A stretch of 63,888 nt of DNA, the filler included, from Octopus bimaculoides (Eukaryota): the NCBI RefSeq assembly GCF_001194135.2. It is 5 parts of 5 records of this genome, joined end to end, with 100 filler letters (N's around TTAATTAATTAA, not from the genome) between each part and the next. Parts side by side here need not be neighbours in the genome. Positions count along the whole stretch, not along the records: positions 45,652 to 59,911 come from NC_068989.1; positions 60,012 to 63,888 come from NC_068997.1; 3 more parts are not named here. One strand, written 5' to 3'. This document shows positions 52,995-63,888 of the stretch, in pieces. Below the pieces are notes generated by a model. The model had not been told where the DNA came from. It ran no database searches and was given only the letters and a program-made list of their open reading frames with translations. The translations under genes were made by a program, and so were the position numbers. Position 1 is the stretch's first letter, and every line of letters starts with the position of its first letter.

Positions 52995-53345
52995 ATAAAG
53001 AATGGTAAAGACCCCCTTCGGTCATGAATGACCAAGAGATTGCACCAAGAAAGTTACCCTCTGAGGCACAAGTGTGGGCGAGGTTGTTTATGGAAGACCA
53101 GCAGTCGGCCATCCATGCCATCCTACCCCACTCCACGCCACTGTTGTTATCCAAGGGAAAGGCAAAGGGGCCGATACAGCTTGGCACCAGTGGTACCTCA
53201 ACTTATTTCTACAGCTGAGTGAACTGGAGCAATGTGAAATAAAGTGCCTCGCTCAAGGACACAACACGCAGCCTGATCCGGGAATCGAACACTCTACCGC
53301 ATGACTGCGAACCCGACGATCTAACTATTAAGCCACGTGACTTCG
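52995..53345 (-). mobile_element. SINE family B, full length
   Basis: Reverse complement matches 35512-35830 along its length. Confidence 0.85.
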
Positions 53346-53559
53346 CATGCTACCGCACAATTTCTTCTTAAAAATTTCCATTACTCTCTGTGACTTCAAA
53401 ACATGCACACAGATCCTACATACACACACATTTATATATATTATGCAGTTTTTCTATCGTAAATTTTGCCTTGACAGAAAATATAGGATTCATTTCAAAA
53501 TGGGACTCATTAATAATCAATCATTGATGAATAAAATATCGAGTTGGCATTTGAAAGTC

Positions 53560-54470
53560 TTATATGAATTAAATATATGACTGCTTTGAAGTTCAAACAT
53601 CTGGTGACAATCTCTAAGGCTTAATTGCCTGCATCGCTTCGTTGAACTTTAGGACGGTGTTGTAATGTTTCTGAATGATAAGCAGCTTGGAGGAGAAAAC
53701 CTAGCTGCCAAGTGTGACATATTCTACCATTCAAATATTTTCGAGAAGATAAATTTGCTAAACAAACATCTACAAGATAAAAATACAAATCTTTAAATTT
53801 GTAAAGAAGCTTCTAGATGCTTTTCTTGGAAAATTTAACCTATTCAGGAAAAAGGGAAATGGCGTTAGTTGATGCATATCCACTCATTATCTCCATTGAG
53901 GAGGGGTGGAGCTGCAGGAGAATGATATGTTAGTGTACATTTTGCCTTTCATTCTTTCGGGGTCGATAAATTAAGTACTAGTTGCGTACTAAGGTCGGTC
54001 AATTAGACAAGCTCCCTCCCCAAAAATTTCGGGCCTTGTGCTTAGAGTAGGAAAGAAAAATAAAAGAGTGTACGCTTTAAACACGTGAAGAATTTGCACA
54101 TTGATATGGAAATGAGGTTCAATGATCGCCTGGAAGCCAATATTCTAACCTGAGCAGTTGACCCAAATAGGACAAATGCAACTAACCGTGATATTCGGCT
54201 ACGACTAAGCCTTGTTGAGCCGTACAGTAATAAGCCTGCTGAAGCTAAAATTTAATCACGGATTCAATAACTTATGGACGATTTGGGAAATTGCTGTGAA
54301 ATCCTCACTGCTTTGACAGGAAATAAATTTATATTTCATTGCCTTCCTTACTTCTTAAATAGTTGAGTCAGGCTTCAACCGAGCGTCTTTCATTCTGTCA
54401 AAATTCCCAGTCGCTTAGAAAGTGTAAGTAGAGGCGATCTTCATTTGTTTCTCACCATCATAGACCCATA
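53560..54470 (+). mobile_element. Decayed hAT (Charlie/Buster-type) transposase fragment, interrupted by a SINE A piece (53938-54056)
   Basis: IFEKINLLNKHLQDKNTNL, and C-terminal FIAFLTS*IVESGFNR...RLESVSRGDLHLFLT (cf. PFPTxYLxESGFS...DLRLxLS). Confidence 0.7.
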
Positions 54471-55608
54471 CAGTGAAAGAATTTGCGAAACTGCTTCTGC
54501 TTCAAGGATCTCACCGAATAAACACAATAAAAAAGATAAAATGATACATTTTTTATTTATTATTTGGCTAAAGGATATTATTTCTGCGCTCAAAAAGTAA
54601 TCATTTTTAGAAATTATTGATTTTCTGGGTGTCAATAGAAGTAGTTTGTTCTTCGTGTCATATCAGAAAAGTGTGTGATTATAAATGGTTGTTTTATTGA
54701 ACCCAGAAAATATCTTTTTGTTTTTGTGGAAAAGAATAATACAGAATAAATACGCAATAAATAAACTCTGATATTTTTATGGAGTTTATTACGTTAATGG
54801 TAGAAAACAGGTCACCTTTGAAAATAGATTTTTTGAAAAATGTGTATTTATTATAATAAATTTTTGTCAAAAAAAATGTTTTCATTAGAAATTATCAATT
54901 TAAAAATATTCATTGAAATAAATTTCAGGATAATAAAACTAATTTAAGACAATATTTAGAATTTTGTTATTTGATAAAATTAACAAATTTTATCTTTATT
55001 GAAGGTTTTCAAATTTTCAAAAGAGACTTGTTTCTACTCTTAGCTGTATATTTACAAAACTGTAGTACTTTTTTTTAGTAATAATGTCTGGAGGGGAGGC
55101 ACAGTAAAATTAAGCATTCGAACGGTGGAGGGCATGACTTTAAAAAAAATGTTTAGAACGATTTCCCTTGAGTATTTTAAAAAGTTGAATGAAATAAACG
55201 CCTTTGATCTCAAAACAATAAGGTTTGACTTGAAACTAAACAGCAAGAACAATATAATTAACAAGAACAATATGATCACCTCCACCCTCTCCAACACCAA
55301 ACCCGACACCAGCACTAACACCAAAACTAATACAACCAACACCAGCGCCTCTACCAACTTTTCAACTTTTATTTTAAACAACCAACTAACAAGAAAATAC
55401 GATAAACATGTTAGCAATTACTGTAGCGACGTATTTTTATGTCAACAGAATCGTGTATGTGCGTATGTGAGAGAGAGAAAGGACATAGAGAGAGATTTTG
55501 TGTGTGCGTGTGTGTGTGTGTGTGTCAGTGCTTGGTGATTTTATATCCAAGATGGAGATACAAGCGATGAAATATCCATGAACCTGCGAGGCGTTCAACA
55601 GTTAACTA

Positions 55609-57350
55609 CAGTCAAACTCTATCTCCACATACGTACCTTCCTACTTCACCGTTTTATCTTCTTATTGCCATTCTTACCTCCATACGAATAAGAGTGGCGT
55701 GCGAAAAGGTAACGCTAAAGGATTTCACTTGATATTGAAGCTGGTGTTTTAAAATGGTTTGATGCATGAGAAATAAAACAAAAACCATCCACAAATCCAA
55801 AGTATTAAATATTGAAACGTCGACAGTTAGAATAACAATCGAGAGAAAAATAAAACAGATGTTCGAGAAGGTATTCTTTTGACCACTTGGATCTTATTTT
55901 TTATGCATCTAACATGGTACTTAAAACAGTGTATATATCGAAGGTGGGTTGTGCTGATAAACACAATGGGAATTTTAAATCAAGAGAAAGGTTTTTATGA
56001 CGATTTTTCGAAAAGGAAAGGTGAAACATCAAATGAAACACCTTTTCTGGCTACTAAAGTCGAGCTTGAAAGGTTTAAGAAATGATTGAATTCGCACAAC
56101 ATAAAATTGACCGGTGAAGATGGCAGAACCGATTCAAAAGCCACTACAAATTAACCTGTGCAGCTGCAAAAAATGATTGCTAAATGGGGTTTACACACCA
56201 GACGAAGCATACAGACTTCGTTTTTCTGAAAGACATGCCTGTTAGAAGTTGTATCTCTCTCCAGTCGAATGAATACGGGGATCTAAAGCTTTCAGAAATC
56301 ATCCGATGCTGCTATTTCGGAATTAAAGCTCCTACTCGTGTATCGTTTCGAAAATTCAGGAGCTCAATAGGATTACATAAAGTTTCATTTACCACTGATG
56401 GAATAAGGGGGTTTATAACCCCTGTTGCCCTGCTGTAGTAAGATTCAGTTCCAGATAGAATATTGGTTTCAAATTTTGGCACAAGGCCAGCAAGTTCAGA
56501 AGAAAACATGGGTCAGTTACATCGAATCCAGTGCTCAACTGGTACTGATTTTTATTGACCCTGAAAGGTTGAACGATGAAGTCGAACCTAGAGGAATTTG
56601 AGCTCAGAACGTGGAGACGGACAAAATGGCGTTAAGTATTATATCCGACGTATTAACGATTCTGCTTGCACCACGCCTGAATGGCAGATATAATATTGCC
56701 AACAAGAATTAAATCCTTTTAAATACTGCATCAAGCCGTTCAGTGAACTTAAACGAGGTTTCTGATAACGTAAGATTAGTATATCTGCCCTCAATTACAA
56801 CTTCTTCGTTCCAGCCAATGGATCAAAGAGCAGTAACTAACTTCAAGGTTTATCATTTGAGAAGAACTTTCAAACAACTTATGAAAGCGATAGACAAGTT
56901 GGATAAACCTATAGTTTAACGGAATGGATGCTATGGAAGCATATCTGAGATACGGGATGAAACCAACTTCTCAGATTTGAATGGTCCTTCGGAAAATATA
57001 CAGCCAAACTGCATCCGTGACTTTACACGTTTTCCGCAAAGTCGCCACCAAATTTAGAAAGACATTAAGGCTCAGGTAAATGAAGTAGTATTCGAAGTCA
57101 TAGTGGATGATGTGGATGATGTTGTTGGTGTCTCATAGAGCAAGTTTGGAGCTGAAGTGGTTAGAACAAGTGCAAGCAGAGAATATAGATGAAAATACAG
57201 AAATTCCACCAATTCCACTTAAAGCATATCGCTAAAATGTTGTCATTTAAACAGGAACATATGCAAGTTTTTGCTGACAGCATGTCTAATCTTGAACGTA
57301 ACATAAAAATTACTGGAGTAATTTTCAACGAACACAATTCCTATACTGAG
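55609..57350 (+). mobile_element. Decayed pogo/Tigger transposase, interrupted by a SINE A (56460-56678, minus strand)
   Basis: LKWFD, HNIKLTGE, LKDMPVRSCIS, GDLKL and LVYLPSITTSSFQPMDQRAVTNFKVYHLRRTF motifs. Starts at tacagtc. Confidence 0.75.
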
Positions 57351-57675
57351 CCGTACAAAGAGCGAGCAGGCTGTTCCGTTGATCGGATCAACTGGAACCC
57401 TCGAGGTCGTAAGCGATAGAGTGCCAACAACAGTAACATTACGAAACCGGTATACTTTTGAATCTCTTTAACAATTTACATTAATGACTTTTATTACTTT
57501 TATTCCTACCTCAGTTCATCTAATTGTATATAGCTATCGTTACTTTTTCATAAAACGCCTTTACTTTTTTGATTTCCAATGTGCATTTTCGCTCTTTTTT
57601 TCTTACTTTGCCCTTACATTTCCGCGTGTACGTGTAGTTTCTATTTCCATTTTGTAACATATTTCTATTATACAT

Positions 57676-57712
<37 letters not shown>

Positions 57713-58975
57713 GATATATATATACATACATACATACATACATACATACATGTGGATGGACAGAGAAAGGCATAAGGAGCAAGAGGGTAAAATATATACT
57801 TCAAGATGCATCTCAGGCAATATGGTTACAGCACACAACAGGAAATATAGTAGAGTACCTGCTTGTATTCTACTGTATTCTATTGTATTTTATCTAGTTT
57901 TACCTATTTAACTCCCTTCCTATCCTCCCCAACTAACGGCGTTACCCTGTTATCTTACTATAAGTTGAGAAGAATCTGATTCACGATTCTGTCTGTAATA
58001 TCAATGCGACAGAATATTTTGTTCACTATACTGATATCGCAGACGTTCTACGCCATATTTATATATCATTGATTAAGTATATATAAAAATATATATCTGT
58101 ATATATATATATATGTATATGTATGTATGTATACAAATAATATACTGGAGTCGATTTATTCGACAAAACATCGCTTGAATGCAGAGCCCCAGCAAAATAC
58201 CTATAATTTCTTCTTGCGTATGCGCTGTACAAACGGAAGGAGATCCGGACCGACATCAAATAATTTTAAGATGTTATAGGATATTCACATATATATATAT
58301 ATATGTATATATATATGTTAAATATTCACGAAATTTTCTCTTGTTTCTTATTGGTTAGAAAATACTTTTGAATTAGTTTAGTAAACAAAGCATTTGCAAT
58401 CATGAGATTAGTATTCTCTGTAGGAACATAAGGAGAATGTTAACTCACCCGTCAGATGCGTTATATGAATTTCAACGTATTTATTGAACCGTTTCCTCTC
58501 TCAGATATTGAAAATGAGTTTTGTTGAAATAGATACTTAATTTAACGTCATTAAATCGTCCTGGCGCGGGTAGTATTGAAGAATTTTGGAAAGAGTCCAA
58601 CATCTAACAAGTAAATAATCGTGACTTAATTAAGTGAAACAAGTCGTTAATCAATTTAGTCATAAATCAGCATGAGGTATGAATCGTTGATTACTATCTG
58701 GTAGGTTGTTAAGTGAGAGAAATTGAGGTTAAAATAAATATTAAAACTGATATTTTGGAAAAAAAAATCATAGCGTACTTTACATTTTGGTTTATGTAGA
58801 AAATAAAGAAAAATATCAACAGTATAAAAAGCGCAGGCTTCCCAATCATATGATTCCGGGTTCGCTCCTACTGTTTGGCGCCTTGGACGTATGCCTTCTA
58901 CTAAACCNNNNNNNNNNNNNNNNNNNNNNNNNNNNNNNNNNNNNNNNNNNNNNNNNNNNNNNNNNNNNNNNNNNA

Positions 58976-59196
58976 TACGAGGGTGTGCTGAGAAGTTGCT
59001 GGCTTTGGGTAAAAGAAAATACAGGATGAACAATTAATTATGATTTTATTCAACATATTCCCCTCTGATTCACACACTTATTGCTGCGGTCTTTCAGTTT
59101 TTTTTTTTAAGCCCTGTAAAAGAACTTGGAAGGTTGAGCATCCAGCCAGGCCTTTCGCAGTACACTAAATCCAAGAAACCTCTCAGCACACCCTCG
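58976..59196. mobile_element. mariner-derived MITE
   Basis: TIRs tacgagggtgtgctgagaagtt / aacctctcagcacaccctcg. Confidence 0.8.
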
Positions 59197-59862
59197 GAGG
59201 GTAACTTTCTAGGTGCAATCCCATGGTCATTTGTGACCGAAGAGGTTCTTTACGCATTACCCTATATATCAATAACAAACAATAACTCCTTAATTAGTCT
59301 GCCTGCATGAACGGAAGGGACCACTTGTAATATCTTAATGTATACCTTATTTAGTCTGCTCGCTTGAATGGAAGGGTCCACATTTAATAATTTTCTCTGG
59401 TGAAATTATACTCATAGCATATAAATGGAAATTTAAAGCATAAATTTGTAATTTACTTATTGAGCACTAATCGAAACAGCTGTAAGATGTAAAGATTACC
59501 AATATCTTAATAATAAATAATTATTATTATCTTAACTCTCCATTTTCTTTCTTTCATTTAACTAAACAAGAACTTTATGTGTGTGTGCACGCGCGCGTGT
59601 GTAGGTGTGTACTAGTGTGTGTGTGTGTGTGTGATCGTGTATGTGTGTCTTTGTCCTGCCTCACGACCACCTGACAAGCAGTGTTGTTCTTACGTAGCCG
59701 TCACCTAGCAGTTTCGCAGAAGGAACCGATAAAATACATACCAGACTTAGAAGAATAATAGACACGGGGGTCGATTGTATCGGTAAAATTCTTCAGAGCA
59801 TTGCTCCAGCATGAACGTAAAAGATAATATATACATATACATGTACTTACATGCATTCATAC

Positions 59863-59911
<49 letters not shown>

Positions 59912-60011
59912 NNNNNNNNNNNNNNNNNNNNNNNNNNNNNNNNNNNNNNNNNNNNTTAATTAATTAANNNNNNNNNNNNNNNNNNNNNNNNNNNNNNNNN
60001 NNNNNNNNNNN
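59912..60011. other. Artificial scaffold-joining spacer
   Basis: 44 N + TTAATTAATTAA + 44 N. Confidence 0.95.
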
Positions 60012-60050
<39 letters not shown>

Positions 60051-60161
60051 ATTTATACAGGAGTAAGCACATAAATGTGAAATAAGGTGGAAAAAAGAGT
60101 ATCCAAATACCAGAGGTAGAGTAATATGCTTTATTAAAAGCAGCAGAAATATCACAAAGAC

Positions 60162-60197
60162 TGTTACTCAGAGTTTCACGTTCCCGTTCGTCCGACA
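60162..60197 (-). ncRNA. Minimal type-I hammerhead ribozyme motif, U4G variant, at a probable Penelope-like terminus (60050-60200)
   Basis: TGT-CGGACGA-ACG-ggaa-CGT-GAAA-CTC-t-GAG-TA-ACA: stems I, II and III all pair, with a GUA cleavage triplet. Confidence 0.6.
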
Positions 60198-60755
60198 TCC
60201 GACGAATGTAAACTTAATAATTCATATATACATGTATGTGCATGTGAACATAATATATATACATATATATATACACGCGCGCGCACACTCACACACATAT
60301 ACATATATATATGTACAAATGTATATGCAGTATCCATATGTATGTGTCGATAAGTTTATACACCTAGTCCTGCATGTATGTGTATTTATATATGTGTTTA
60401 TATAGGCATACATACGCATACAGATATATATATATGTATANNNNNNNNNNNNNNNNNNNNNNNNNNNNNNNNNNNNNNNNNNNNNNNNNNNNNNNNNNNN
60501 NNNNNNNNNNNNNNNNNNNNNNNNNNNNNNNNNNNNNNNNNNNNNNNNNNNNNNNNNNNNNNNNNNNNNNNNNNNNNNNNNNNNNNNNNNNNNNNNNNNN
60601 NNNNNNNNNNNNNNNNNNNNNNNNNNNNNNNNNNNNNNNNNNNNNNNNNNNNNNNNNNNNNNNNNNNNNNNNNNNNNNNNNNNNNNNNNNNNNNNNNNNN
60701 NNNNNNNNNNNNNNNNNNNNNNNNNNNNNNNNNNNNNNNNNNNNNNNNNNNNNNN

Positions 60756-60833
<78 letters not shown>

Positions 60834-60929
60834 TGTGAGTGTGCGCGCACGCGTGTATATATATATAATTTTCGCATGCACATACATGCATATATGAATT
60901 ATATATGCAACTTAGCTGCTTTGTTGTAT

Positions 60930-61900
60930 ACGCACAAAGCCATTGCTAGAAAGTACCACTGAAATGAGTCATTGTTGATGCAATGTATGGCTCTTGAGCC
61001 CGGCGAATGCTTTGCACATTCTGTTGCATAATACACAACTGTGCTGGCTGGCAGAAGGAACAAGTTCCATGGTATGAACATGTTTGACATTCCTTTTCAA
61101 TCCTTCAACTGAGAGGCACACTTTTCCACAGGTTCATTCCTCCTAAGCGTTCACCTAATCCTTTTGTGTTTTATTTTCTCTTTTTCCAACCTCGAACAAT
61201 GCCTGTGCACTCTTTTCCTCTAGCCATCTCGGTCTTATGCCTTCCTCTCCCAACGAGCAACTGAAATTCCTGTCTGTGTCAGAGCAATTGTGAGACAGTC
61301 CTTGAACTTTATTTTGGGTTTATGTACTGCTCTCCTATCATCTTCCAGCTCGCCATACAAAAGTTACTTGGTAGGTCTTTCATCATTCGCTCTAACCAGA
61401 TTTTGCAGAATCACTGACTCTACACTTCTACTACCACTTCTCTCAAGTACCTCCAAATCACTTATGGTCATTTTCCAATTTATCCCAAGAATTTTGTTTT
61501 TAATGATATTGATGATATTGTTCCAAATGCCTTAAATTCCTACAGTAAACAATCCATGTCTCACTTCCATATAGTAAAGATGGCACGACACATGTGTTAT
61601 AAGCCCTAACTTTAATTTTGAAAGATATACTATAGCGTGCCCAGAAACGCCTATCAAACCTACCAAAGGCACTACTAGCCTTGCTGATTCTATATGAATC
61701 ATCAAGACAAGTAGTGTTCAAAGTACTTCCTCAATAAATGAATTTAGTTACTTTTAACCTTTGACCATTCAGTTATAGAAGGTTCCACATAAAGTTTAGA
61801 GGGAGCAGGCTGGTAAATTAGAAGAGGTTATTACAAGTTGATTGTAAGGCCCAATGCTGTACATGTTGCAGAAATCGCAGGCATGATGTATTGCATGTCT
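60930..61900 (-). mobile_element. RTE (BovB-like) LINE 3' region, decayed
   Basis: RISKASSAFGRFDRRFWARYSISFKIKVRAYNTCVVPSLLYGSETW...LEQYHQ. Confidence 0.85.
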
Positions 61901-62008
61901 TCCTGCGAATATGCTAACAGGTCACAATATTGCATTAAAAAGATTTAGAATCCATTTATATTTATATTATTATTTTGTAGATCTTTTAGATTTGTATCAA
62001 AAGCCACT

Positions 62009-62057
<49 letters not shown>

Positions 62058-62349
62058 NNNNNNNNNNNNNNNNNNNNNNNNNNNNNNNNNNNNNNNNNNN
62101 NNNNNNNNNNATTTAATTTCTAATGAACATAAATGGGATATACCAGTACTATATTTGCATACAGATACATAAACTAAGAATATGCAAAAGAAACTAATAA
62201 ATTATAGTAACTAATGATTTTATATACAATTATAAATATTTAGGGGTGAAAAAAGTATTCGTACAGAATAAATTTATGAGTTTCTAGGCCACAGAATAGT
62301 GTTAAAATAATTTTAACATTTAAAAAATGACTAAAATTTGAGAGTTAAG

Positions 62350-62811
62350 GCGCCCATTACGGGGTCCTAGAATCCTCATGAGAACGGGAAACTTTGGGAA
62401 TACTTCTTGATTTGCGTCAATTAACTATAGTTGAAATTTCATCAATATCAGGAATTTATGAATTTTCATGGGAAGCTCTGTCCCCTTTAAGCCCCCTCAA
62501 ATTCAAACCAAACATACGGCATTATACCCGCCCCAATTTATTGAATCAATGGGTTAAGCTCCCATTAGGGGATCTTAGGATCATCTACACAAATAGAAAT
62601 TTTGGGAATATCTTTTTTATTTATTTCTAATACATATGGTTCATATTTCATCAAAATCCGAAGTATATAAATTTTCACGGTGGGTTCTTCCCCCCTTTAT
62701 GCCCCCTCAAAATTGTGTGAAACATACGGCAATACCCTTCTCTCTAGGCTTCGATTTCGTGTTCCAAACTTTTGAATCTATAAGTAACACATACGAACAC
62801 ACAGACATTGA

Positions 62812-62815
<4 letters not shown>
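62350..62815 (+). mobile_element. Possible Helentron-associated non-autonomous element
   Basis: Internal diverged duplication (tttcatcaa...cccctttaagccccctcaaa / tttcatcaaaa...cccctttatgccccctcaaa), ending acacacagacattgactta into (TA)n. Confidence 0.4.
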
Positions 62816-62854
<39 letters not shown>

Positions 62855-63446
62855 NNNNNNNNNNNNNNNNNNNNNNNNNNNNNNNNNNNNNNNNNNNNNN
62901 NNNNNNNNNNNNNNNNNNNNNNNNNNNNNNNNNNNNNNNNNNNNNNNNNNNNNNNNNNNNNNNNNNNNNNNNNNNNNNNNNNNNNNNNNNNNNNNNNNNN
63001 NNNNNNNNNNNNNNNNNNNNNNNNNNNNNNNNNNNNNNNNNNNNNNNNNNNNNNNNNNNNNNNNNNNNNNNNNNNNNNNNNNNNNNNNNNNNNNNNNNNN
63101 NNNNNNNNNNNNNNNNNNNNNNNNNNNNNNNNNNNNNNNNNNNNNNNNNNNNNNNNNNNNNNNNNNNNNNNNNNNNNNNNNNNNNNNNNNNNNNNNNNNN
63201 NNNNNNNNNNNNNNNNNNNNNNNNNNNNNNNNNNNNNNNNNNNNNNNNNNNNNNNNNNNNNNNNNNNNNNNNNNNNNNNNNNNNNNNNNNNNNNNNNNNN
63301 NNNNNNNNNNNNNNNNNNNNNNNNNNNNNNNNNNNNNNNNNNNNNNNNNNNNNNNNNNNNNNNNNNNNNNNNNNNNNNNNNNNNNNNNNNNNNNNNNNNN
63401 NNNNNNNNNNNNNNNNNNNNNNNNNNNNNNNNNNNNNNNNNNNNNN

Positions 63447-63491
<45 letters not shown>

Positions 63492-63822
63492 GTGTGTATG
63501 TCAGAGTGTGTATATGTGTTCATGTTTGTACATATCTATAAACTATGTATTATGTATATATATATGTGTGTACATAGATATATGTATGTAACAATGTTTG
63601 TTTGAATGTATACGTGTAAGCATGTGTATATGCTAGTGAGAATGTACGAATGTATGAAAATATGTATGTATCAATATTCTGAGTGGATGAATCGAAATTA
63701 GAGGTATACATAATACAAGTGTATGTATGCATCGGTGCGTATGTATTTGCGTGTTTGTATACTTATATGTGTGTTTTTATGTGTATCTGTTTACAGCGGG
63801 AAAATGCATATATATGATTGGG

Positions 63823-63875
<53 letters not shown>

Positions 63876-63888
63876 ATATATATATATA

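Noticed and set aside
25657-53345. tRNA genes
   Set aside because: All A-box/B-box hits are SINE heads without a paired acceptor stem and continue into SINE bodies.
55052-55538. Overlapping ORFs on both strands (137 aa and 121 aa)
   Set aside because: Openness is largely explained by an (ACC/AAC)-type low-complexity tract. No recognisable domain or donor site.

Overview
AT-rich eukaryotic genomic DNA, dense in microsatellites, SINEs and LINEs, with many N gaps. The repeat families look like those of an Octopus-type cephalopod (inference). The window is not one locus: four 100-bp spacers (44 N + TTAATTAATTAA + 44 N) split it into five probably unrelated segments (1-14119, 14220-36319, 36420-45551, 45652-59911, 60012-63888). 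The only convincing host gene is part of a Polo-like kinase on the minus strand of segment 1: five exons that splice in frame from the activation loop into the pre-polo-box linker. The rest is mobile DNA: five tRNA-derived SINE families, RTE, R4/Dong, Tx1/L1-like and Penelope-like retroelements, and mariner, maT, Tigger, hAT and MITE remnants. Highlights: three minimal type-I hammerhead ribozyme motifs (one inside a tRNA-headed SINE, one with a compensatory C3G/G8C core swap); a gag-only Tx1/L1-like tandem element with ~55-bp terminal repeats whose 3' end is shared with a SINE; Dong elements nested in SINE (TAA)n tails with a 24-bp TSD; and segment-specific CpG decay consistent with gene-body methylation.
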